Positions 37,550 through 48,200 of a DNA stretch of 64,000 nt are shown in pieces. How positions within the stretch are numbered: position 1 is the stretch's first letter; every line of letters starts with the position of its first letter. Origin of the DNA: Macrostomum lignano (taxonomy: Eukaryota); assembly GCA_002269645.1 (NCBI GenBank), contig NIVC01002005.1, forward strand, positions 130,050 to 194,049, in the 5' to 3' direction. Under the pieces are notes generated by a model that saw nothing but the letters and a program-made list of their open reading frames with translations, made no database searches and had not been told where the DNA came from. A program made the position numbers and the translations under genes.

Positions 37550-40330
37550 TTGATTTATGGCCGCACCTGTCATCTTTTTACGACCCTGTGGGAACTGATA
37601 GGATCTCTCGGTCACGTGATTCTGGGTAGCAACAAGCTTAGCCAATCAGAAAATTCGGCGCTCATTTTAACAAAACGGCTCAGCCAATCAGAATCGACGT
37701 GTTCCATTATAACAAACTGCGGTCCAGTTGGCGGCTATTTAAACCGGAGTTTTTGGCCCGCTCGGACTCAACTTTGGCTCGGGCCCAGCGCGCAACTTCT
37801 GGTTTCCGGAGCACGACCGTCGTTTCTTGATCCCCGGATTGCGACTTCCCCCCATCATCATCAAGGACGAGTCCCCCGGTCATCAGCAGCGAACATCAAG
37901 TTAAGAGCATCACCTGCTAGCTAACAGCGAAGATTGTGACAGCATCATCCCGAGTCTACAGCTGCAGAGCATCGAGCCGATTCGATCACTGTGGATTACC
38001 TGGTCTCCGGCTGTTGAGTTTCTGATTGGTTGGGTGAGAGGCTACCTAGACTTGCTTGATTGGGTGATCCCTTTTCTGTCCCCTGTTGCAGTAGCTGAAT
38101 TAGGCGCACACTTTTGCTCATTTTGTTCAGTAGTGCTGTTGCTGAGGCAGAAATCATTCAATAATACTGCTAGTAGTCTAAGACTCCAATTCAATCTGAA
38201 GTGTGAAGTGAACTAAGGGGAAGGTTAAATCTAACAGTTATTTTTATCGGTTTTATTTCTTTGTTCGCCGATGGCTCAGATGAGTAGCTAAGCTAGTAGG
38301 CGCCGGTCGCAGTGGACCAATGGCAAGGCAATTCTCAGTCGACCAATCTATCAAATCAGTGAGCAAAACTGCCAGAAGTGCAGAATCGGCGCCAGAGATG
38401 TACTTTGTGCACTCTAGGGTAGCCATTAGCCAAGCGGCTCGGGTAAATGGATCATGCGGTCTCTGAAGTTCGAGTTAGTCTATCATCAGCGCTATGAGAG
38501 GCTAGTTGGCGCGTTGAAGGCCAAAAGTACATATCTTCGTATTTAGCAATGTAATAGTACATGTAGCTACCCCATAGACTCGCCACCGCAAGAATCCCCT
38601 GCACAAGTCCCCTCTGTACCTGCATGGCCAACGCGATCTAGTCCCAGCAGTGTCCCTTATCATCGGCTATGACTTCGAGATTGACAGCAAAAAGACACTA
38701 GTTGGCAGGTAAGTGCAAAGCCCCTTCTAGTCGGAAGCCCGATTTCGAGAGTCCCGGTGTGGTGAGCCAGGGCGCACGGGCTGGTGGCAGCAAGTTAGTT
38801 GATCTGCGGATTAGCTAATTTCTACTTTCAAAATTCTCCCTGCTCGTCTCTCGCTGTCCCTCTCTTAGCTATAGGACCTAGACTGCTCGCCACACGATCA
38901 AGCTACCATGGGGCTGACCATCTGACAGGAGTGGGGGGCCAGGTCTCTAATTGATTTATTTCTGAGCCTGAGGCCCGAAGGCTTTCCTAACAAGGAGCCC
39001 GAAGGTCGAAACCCATCAGAAAGATGCTGTAGAAAGACTTTTAGCGCTTATCTGAAAAAGCTCAGAGAGGGGCAGGAAGTGGCCTCAAGCGGGCGAGGTG
39101 GATTCTAAGGTCTAGCAAAGGGTCTTTAGAAGCGTCTCAGTGCGCGCCTGTCAGAGACGATATGGGTCGCATGGCGGATTTAATCCAGAGTCCAATTTGT
39201 CTTGGCTAAACTATTATCATATCAACATACAATAAGCAATTCTGAGCAGCCAACGGAGAGTCTCTCGTACTCTGCCTCTCCGATGTCTCTATTTGCTTTC
39301 GTTCAACAGTGTACAACTTCATCTGCAGGTGAAGAGTTTAAAAATAGTGATCACTCACTCGAAAGCTCCTACTTCTAGACACTGTAGAACAAGTGCCTAT
39401 AGGTACATGTATGTGCAAAATCAAATATCTCACTGTAGCGGATCCTATTGTGGTTTCAGACGTCTGAACCTTGTAGTTTGGAGGGTAGCTGGCTTTGTTG
39501 AGCGCTAGCGGCGGCCGGCTCCGGTGAACGGTTGCTTCCGTGAGTTCTTAACTTTATCTGTGAGTCGACCAAAAACGATAGGGAATGAGAAGTCTTGACG
39601 TCCTCAAGCTCGGAATTAACAATAGAACGTGCGTCCAAATGAGCAATTTAATTCTCAGAGTTTCTGTAATAGGTCCTCTTGAAGGGCGTCTTCTTCGTGG
39701 GGTCCGAAACGCAACGGGTAACTCAAATTAATCAATATTATCCTAGGATATAACAAGGTCTTTCTCAGATGTGTCGACAACAGCGGCTCTCGTAAAGCAG
39801 CGCAAATCAATAAACTTATTAACGCTAGCAACAGAGAACTTAATCTGTTAAACACTTACCAATTGAACAAGTTTCGACCCTCGGAGACTGGTCTCCTTCT
39901 ATTCTTCTTCAAAGTCTTCTTTGAGACCGTTCCAAGCAGGCTTTAACCTTTGCAACTCGTGCTATACGTCGATCTTCACGAAATTGATTTGTCGTTCGAC
40001 CAATTATCAACCGGTCTGGATATGGAGCCAGTTCAAAATGTAACAAGAGTTAAAAGCGATGACACACCTAGGAGACCGCTTGATAATAATACTGATGGCT
40101 GAAGATCTACGACAACTGGACATCTGAAAGGCATCTCGTTCGCAGAGTCGAGTTATGGCTGAGACTCCTCAGTGATGGCACTGCCCCTAGAACTAATTAG
40201 TCTCTGGCTGTCTCGAGCTCTCAACAGATTGACATTCGCGTAGAACCTCTTGGATCGACAGGTCAGGATACTGCATCACCTGCTGAGAAAAAACAAACGT
40301 TCTGTCGACAAGGTGGAGATTGACGGGGTG
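37550..40330. mobile_element. Unclassified decayed GC-rich element; promoter-like left end (two AGCCAATCAGAA boxes, TATTTAAA) suggests an LTR/retroelement remnant
   Basis: CCAAT boxes near 37640 and 37682, TATA-like box near 37736; broken reading frames on both strands; no RT or integrase motif recognised. Confidence 0.35.
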
Positions 40331-40713
40331 AGAGGGTTGTGGTGTTGTTTAAGTGATTGTAGTAAACATTTTAATGAACTTTGATTGAAGCCAATTGATG
40401 AAACTGTTATTTGCTATTGTCTTGTTTATTTGCTTTTTTGTAATTATTATATGATTGCTTTCGTGAAGACACTTTTATTTTACATTTCCTACGGCCCATT
40501 GTATATATGCCAACAAGCCCATTATCTATACAATGGTACTGACAAAAATCCCATTTTCTAGATAGCGGTCCATTCTATTCGAATAGATAATGGAAAATAG
40601 TTCTTTCTAGATAATGGATACTTGAATTTCTCGGTACCCCAAGTGCACAACCTGACTGGCATTCTCCACATGCTGCGGATGGAAACGAAGGAGGAGCTTT
40701 CCTGAAGCTATTT

Positions 40714-41870
40714 TTGTCCATCAACTGTTTGAAGATATTAGCCATCGTAAAAGCTTGTAAGATCTTTCAGGAGGCAGAGACCCGGGATGCTGTACCGAAG
40801 CTGGTGTTAAACTGGCGTGATTGCTCAACTGATGAAGCTCGAAAGTTGGTGGGTATTGCGATGCTCATGGGAGTCGACAAGGAGACAGAAAGCCAGCTAA
40901 TGGTCCACCGACCTGATCACTGGCCTGACCTGTTTCTTTTCAAGCATTTCTCTCTATCAAGAGACAGATTTAAGCAGCCCCTGTCTTGCCTCCGTTTCTA
41001 AGTCTTTGCAGCAAGACTACATGCCCCGGCAGCGACTTACAATTGATGAGACGCTGGTGCTTTACAAAGGGAGAGTTGCCTTCAAGCAATCCCGTCTAAG
41101 CGAAGTATGGCATAAATCTGTACTGCCTCTGCAAGACTGAGAGTTCATATTTATGGAACTTCGTCATACTCACGTCTCCTGAGGTTAATCAACAGTTTGG
41201 TGAAGAATTCGGATGTCAAGGCTTGAGTATGAGCGAGAGAGTTGTTGCAGAGCTGTGCTGCAAGCAGTCTCCTCCATCTTGGACATCATGCATTCACTGA
41301 TGGTTGGTTCACATCTCGCCAGCTGGCCGATTGGTTGCTGCAACACTATACGCTACTGACTGGGACGGTGCAGAAGGATCGCGGCATTTGCAGGCTGTCA
41401 CCAAACATCCAATTTCATCTTCATTCGCACATTCAGGTGACCTCCTGGCGTATAAAAAACGTCTCAATGCACCCGTACCTCGCGAACCGAAAGAGTATGA
41501 GCTGGTTCCACACGCTGGGATTTCATCTTCTTGTGATGACTGCGCGGAACTCATGGGTGATCTACCGACAGTCAGGTGGCACAAAGACTTTTCTGCATTT
41601 TGAGGCTGCATGGCAATAAAGAGTCTTGTGAAGGACAAGGACACTGGGGCTGCCAGAAGACGCGGCCCTGCACCAGGTGATGCTGGTGCTCTTGCTATTG
41701 GTGGAGGAGATGGTGCCGACGCCCATTCACCAAGCAAGGCTCCAAGAATCGGAGACCAGGTCCGACCAGGCGAAAGATGTCGTGTGTGCCATGCAGCTGG
41801 CCAGGTCAAGAAGACCGTTTTTGTTTGCAAAGCCTGCCCGGGAGTCCCAGCAATTTGCCTAGCTATTAGA
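40714..41870 (+). pseudogene. piggyBac (PGBD4-like) transposase remnant with frameshifts and an internal deletion
   Basis: LSRDRFKQPLSCLRF; RLTIDETLVLYKGRVAFKQ; HHAFTDGWFTS...LTGTVQKDRG; RKSMSWFHTLGFHLL; C-terminal RCRVC...VCKACPGVPAIC Cys-rich domain. Confidence 0.9.
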
Positions 41871-42096
41871 TTTTTTACCTTTAAACCATTAGACGAATCA
41901 AAAACGTCATTACGTAATCGGATATTTGTTGATGTTAAGGTCTATTCGTTATTTGCTGTTTATTATGCATTACATTCGTGTATGAATTTTTTTCGGCTTA
42001 AATACAGTCGTTCAAGTACATCTAACACAGTTCTGAGTCTCCTAATCAGGCAAATCCCTTAACTGGCCGTTCATTTCATCCTCTACCCGCATGTAC

Positions 42097-42170
42097 CTAC
42101 CTACCTACCTACCTACCTTCCTATCTACCTACCTACCTACCTAAATACCTACCTAAATACCTACCCATTG
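42097..42170. repeat. (TACC)n microsatellite; inverted counterpart (TAGG)n at 61420-61500
   Basis: Direct inspection. Confidence 0.9.
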
Positions 42171-43651
42171 TACCAGCCTGCTTACTCGTATCTTGCAGAT
42201 GCTTCAGTCTGTAAATCATTTCCCTCTTTAAAACTGTCCCTAATAAGTCATGTAATTAGACTATTCCGGCTTCATTGGGAACAAGCTTACTTCGTAAAAG
42301 CAATTTTTACAGTTTTGTTGAAAACTGCCGCAGTATTTTTATTATAAACGAGTTATTATAATTACAGGTATGACATCTCTAAGCTAATAATATTTTTTGC
42401 GTAATCTACTCTTTGCAACATTGTTAGACGCTGACCCGAAATCGGGCCATTCCCGTCGGGAACGGGTGTGCTGAGATGATGGTTGATTTGCTATGGACTT
42501 TTGCAAACGCGCAGCCGTTTGCTTCGGGGCTGGCGGGATGACCCGAAATCGGATCATCTATGTAGCTCGTTCAAAGACAGTGCAGATCGGTGAGCGCGTC
42601 CACAGCATCTCCAGCTCCCGATCAGGGATCCGAGCCTCAGCAGCTGCTCTCAAATTGCGCCCCGTGGCTGCGCCCCGACATCACTGGCAGCTGAATCAAA
42701 TTCTCGATACGTCTCAGAGCTTTCCCGTATTCTTAGTCCGTCAGAGCCGCCATTTTGGTGGCCCTCTGACTCAGTGGAGGTTCGCCACCGCCTGCAGCGT
42801 TTTTTTGCAAGACTGGAATCTTCAGCTTCTCTACGCGATCGCTCCGACGTGGTGGAGCGACGTTTGCTCTCAATGCTGGGAGATGGGCGCAGCTCGGCGA
42901 TTACGCGGGTACATCTCTGATGACAGTGCCGTTAACCTAGCAGCTCTTCGGTCTATGTCTGCTTGCCTTTACTCGTACCGTTCTTCTCTTGCTCCTTCTT
43001 TCTTTTGATTCGCCTGCTTTCTTAGAGTTTGGATTGCTCCTTGCTCATTAAATTTATACATGTATTCTCCGTCATCCACGTTCTGCTGTTTCTGTCTTCA
43101 TCAAATTGCCTAAACCCATAGAAAACTTTTTAGCAATCGGCATAAACTTCTACGATTCTGTGTCAGCCCTTAATGATGAGTCTAGTGAATGAAGCTTATT
43201 AATTTATTAACGAATAGTAACAGTTATACAAATTATACAGGTTGTTATACAGAAATCATAATATTTTTACCGAAATATATCAACTGATATGTTTAACTGT
43301 ATGGCTTTTTAAAACGTTCAGATTCTGCAATTTTATCAAACAAAACTTTGCCCAATCTTTATCATGAGAAAGAAAAGCTGCAGTTCAAGGAAACACCAGG
43401 GCTTATAAACTTCAAATATAGGCAGGAAATTGTACCTGACACCCAGCATTCGAATTCGCTTAAAGGCTAAAGCACTATAAATACATTTACTGCACCGGAA
43501 GTGGTCGTCCAGTGGTCTAGCGCGGCGCTCTGATGTGCCACGGCCAGGCGACTGCTACTGCCATCTTCACGATGCATGAAATTGCATAAAAATTCGCTTT
43601 TCAATCAATCATACGAATACTGTATTCAAAAGTACATTTTCTGTTTCTTAG

Positions 43652-43790
43652 AATCAACGGATATATTGCGACAGCGTAGCGGTGTTCGAACCAGCCATTC
43701 TGGGTTTTCAAGCCAATATTATCCAGCCAATTACAAAATTACTTGGAGCTTCGATATCCCAGAAGGCTACATTTTAACAATAAAATGTTG
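43652..43790 (+). pseudogene. Orphan partial CUB exon (paralog of the CUB2 exon)
   Basis: ttag|STDILRQRSGVRTSHSGFSSQYYPANYKITWSFDIPEGYILTIK versus ATEIIRQRSGVRRSHPDVGSYRNNYKKAWSIYVP; similarity ends mid-domain. Confidence 0.7.
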
Positions 43791-45228
43791 GCTGAAGACC
43801 ATTGATAATGTGAGCACTCCTGCGTCCCCGATTAAACGGTTGAGTTGGTGAAACACATTCAAGGATCTCTAGAAGTTTCAGTTGTGCGACAGTAACTTTT
43901 AGTGATCCTTGATTGCATTATAGACGATGCAAAATATAGCTTACTGCAAAATACATTTGAAACTCACCCGCAGGTGATGGAAAACACGAGCACCAACTCA
44001 AATTGCGTTGGCACAGTGATTTCACAGTTCTCGGTGTTGCTCAGCTATCGCTCATTGGACGATCGGTCATTGAATGCTCACTGCTAAATAGCAGTACTTC
44101 TGTGCTACAGCTGCACCTGCCGAATCTTGGTTAGTTAGTTTGTTCAGTAGAAATTATTGTACCGAGATTTCAACCCTTCTTTAAAAAAACGCCTAAATAA
44201 AAATGCCTAAATAATGCCTAAATAAACAAATGACACTATACATGCATCAGTTGTTATTCGTAACTTTTTGCAATTAAAAGTTTACACTGCGAATGACGTG
44301 GTAGTCTAGCATAAAGTCGCCGAGAGGCTACAAACTTCTTGGAAAAAATTATACACCATAAGTTGGTGGCTGAGTGTACAGGCTGCAGGCTTCAGGCAAC
44401 AAGAATGGAATGGAAAGTTAAACGAAGAAAGATAAACAGACGATGCTGTTAAATGTCATACATGCATAATTTTTGCATCCAAACGGTTTTTATTAAAGAG
44501 AGAATTCCCGTAAAGACATCTGTACAATCATAAAACTTAAAAATTCGTAAGGTTCGGAATTGTGAGTAAACTCTTTCCTACTCAGAGCTTAAAAAACCTT
44601 GCGCTTGTATGAGTGAGCCTTAAGTTATATTCCAAAGAATGATTTGTTTGTCTGTAGGTAGCTCTTAGATAAATATGTAATTGGTTTTGGAAAAAAACGG
44701 CTCAAACAATTTTTACGAAATTTGAACCGTTCGTCCGTTCAAAATTTAGATTAACACCAGTTAATTACCAGTTAATTACCAGTTGATTAGATAAGCGCAA
44801 CAGTCCACATCGATTACAACTCAAAATTCTTTGATAGCAAAAATATCATATCTTCATCATAGAAACACCAGAAACTGTTTCAATGGGTTTTGTTTCTGAG
44901 ATGCAGTGTTGTGAAACAGCAAAATTTCACCTTGATAGTATTCTGTGATTTCAAGATTTGCAATTCAAATTAAATTTAAATTTAAATTTATAAACTATAG
45001 CAACCAAATAAGCGAAAATTGGGAGTCTTGAGTCAAAATTAGCATATGGAATTCAGATCTGGTTTTATTTACTCCAATTAGAATCAAGCTAAAGTTAATG
45101 TCCTGTTTACTGGAACTTGCTTTACTTCAGTAGAAAGAAGATTTTGGCGCTTAAATATGAAAAGGAACATCGAAACCGCAGTTTTCAGGTTACTCTGCTG
45201 AGCCCTTCAGCTCTACCAGCAGCCTGCG

Positions 45229-48200
45229 ATGAAAACAGACACCAGATTTTTCCATTACATTCAACTCTCTGTCTTTGGCTTGCTATGTTGGTTTCCATTT
45301 TCAGGTAGGTTTTATTCTTTTTTAATCAGAGTCAAAATATGTCGCTCTTGTTATAACGGCGCTCGGTTACTAAACAGAATGCTGCTCCGGTGGGACGCTT
45401 TCCGCGTCATCTGGAACGATCGCATGCCCCTCCTCTGGAGGCCAGTATTCAAACAATTTGGACGTTTCCTGGTCTATTCGACCACGTGGTGTCAGCCGAA
45501 TCCGATTCAGCAAGCTGGATGTGGAGCCATGCTGCGACAAAGTGCTCATTTATGAAAGTGCAACCTCAGCCTCAAACAGCTCAGAGAGGTTTCGACTTGT
45601 GCATGCGAACGCGACTGAGTCTGAGTTCTGGCTGAATGCGCCCTTTGTTGTGAGGTTTCGAAGTGACGGGTCTGTCACGAAATCCGGATTTCGGCTTTCT
45701 TACGAACGCCAGTCAGAGTCGATTCCAGGTGAATTTTATGCTCAACGGAATTATTATAGCTAACACTCTTGTTGACTTTTACTGATTGATTTTGATCTCG
45801 GATGACAAATGGAATTTCAGCTGCTACTGAGATAATTCGGCAGAGAAGCGGTGTCAGACGGAGCCATCCAGATGTCGGGTCCTACCGCAATAACTACAAA
45901 AAAGCTTGGAGTATTTATGTGCCCAGAAATTCCCGTGTTTTCATTCGATTCACAAAGTTCAACACGGAATCTGGCTGCGATTATCTTAGGATATATTCAG
46001 GACTTGTTCCGGGATATCAGCACACGGCTCTGCAAGCGATTTCAGGCAATCATAGAATTCTTCATCCGTCATACACGTTTTCGCATAGCGTTACCCTAAT
46101 TTTCACTACTGACGGCTCTGTTGTCCGTGAAGGGTTCGAATTTGAGTTCAATGTCCGTGAGTGATACAAGACGTCAACAGTATCTGGCAGTTTTTTTTTC
46201 AGTTTTATTTAATTCAGAAGTTAAACTGTTCAGTGCAGAAAATATAAGTTAAAAGTTATGCAATCATATGTTTATAATTTCTTTTCTCGGCCAGATACGG
46301 ACAGAGAAGCAACATAGTTTCCATAGTTACTCGTAGTTACATAAATCTGAATAAGTCTCAACATTGTTTATGTTGAGGCAGCTGATTTGTACTACGGATT
46401 ATGCGCCATCGGACTATCGATTATAATGGATAATTAGTTTTAAGCAATGAGAAGAGAACTCTTATAAATTCTCTTTAGATTACATAAATATTATCAACTT
46501 CCACAAAAAATCTTAACGCTGCTACATTTACTCAGTTTGATACTCTTTACAGATGATCATGAATTACTGTGGATCTTTTCAAAATGGACCGGAATGGCCA
46601 TAGGTGGCTCGAAATTCAGTTTTTCACTGCTTTCTATGGATCGAAATGTATCAGCTAGGTGTTACCTAGATCTTGAATGTGGAAGGCAAACTTCGGAGAT
46701 CGCAATGAATTCCGTAAGCCGTGCATTTTTCTGCATTAAATTTTCGAAAAAAGTTATATTACTGGTTGAAGTTATTTGCATAATCTTGCACAGTAAAAGT
46801 AATAGCTTTTGACCTTTCACCGTTTTTTATTTGAAATCGAAGCCAAGTTTACAGAGGTCTCAAATTATTTGAATTGTTTGCAATTCCCTCAGACGATATA
46901 CTCACAGCGAAGATCAGCTGAAAAATTGTACTTATTTTCTGGAATCGTCTCAGATACTGCTGTCTGCATTCGAAACATCACGTGCAGACTCCGTGGCAGC
47001 GGTATGAATGAACTGGTTGAATCGACACCAGCACCTGATGGTAAAACGTATTTAATCATTTTCTGAGACTGTAGATCTGCAAAAAATTTTTGAATAGGTG
47101 AAAGTGTCTGAATTCGACAATTAGCAAAGCCATACAATAACTGTATCAGATTAATGATTATCCTGCTCTAGTTTCCTTCATACATATAAATAACTTTCAG
47201 TTGAGCCAGTTTCACTTGAAATCAGCCTGATAAAGCCTGAGCTGTGGAGCCTCTCAGATGGTTTGATTCGGTTTCGAGCTGTGTCTCAAGCCGAGTGTCG
47301 GCGAGTGAGGCATCGCTGCGAGCTGAGGCTTTTCAATGGAAGCGCAGTCACTGCTGCGCAAGTGAAGCGGGTAAGAATAATGTAATAATGCGTAGTTTAA
47401 ATATTTAGCAAAATATAATATACTTAGAGTAATTGCTATGATAGGCGTGTACAACTAAACGATGTACTGTAGGCCCGTACTGATATGCAGATATACGCAA
47501 TTGTATTTTCCTTCAATTTACAATACCCAGCTAGCGTATTTTCATTCTGATACAATTGCTACGTCAAAACTTCAGCAAGCATCACAGCCACGTATTTCTC
47601 AGTGTGTGAGCAGAGTTCAGACAGACTTTGCTGTGGTGGCTGAGCTCATCGACACAGTCAATTCCACGATACTTTGTTACAAGCAAGCCGGAACAGTCAA
47701 CTATTCTCTGCCGGTTATGCAACTGCGTGAGTTGAGTTAAGATTATGAAATCAATGCATAGATGAATACAAATAATAGGAATTTAGTATATAGAACTTCA
47801 TTAGAACAAGAAGTATATATATTCGCATAACGTCACTTGAATCGAAATTGAACGAAAAATAGCAATCTGACATGCTATTACTTTCTTCATCGTAAAGTTG
47901 ATTCTAAAATAACAATTACTTTATTCGAATATTAGGCGTTTCTGACTCTGTTTTCAAATAAACATGTGAAATTGGCGGCAATTTTGAGAGTTCTAATCAG
48001 GTGAAAAAATGTGTCTTATGTACAGCTGATTTATTCAATGCTAAAAATTGAAAATAAAAGAAAAGATTCTCAGCTCCTTGCAATAATCATTCTCTTATCC
48101 CAGCTGTTCGAGAAATTCAATGGAGATTCCCAGATTCTGCTGGAATCACTGCGGGTGCTCCAGTGCGCATTTTGTTTACAACAGCTGCAAGCATCCGAGG

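Larger units (their letters stand above)
42090..44480 (+). repeat. Segmentally duplicated block; homologous pieces lie inverted at about 58460-61500
   Basis: 42180-42420 matches rc(61170-61410); 42420-42810 matches rc(60780-61170); 42810-43000 matches rc(59700-59910); 43130-43480 matches rc(58900-59650). Confidence 0.9.

Noticed and set aside
38271-38708. ATG-initiated frame with Cys motif read through TAA/TAG/TGA; idea of a variant (ciliate-like) genetic code
   Set aside because: Six stops in ~145 codons is about random expectation, and neighbouring genes use the standard code.
47603-47726. Downstream in-frame acceptor for the Y-type second exon
   Set aside because: The upstream acceptor (47576) gives QASQPRISQC, aligning with DVSKPTGSRC of exon 50514, and is conserved in the duplicate.
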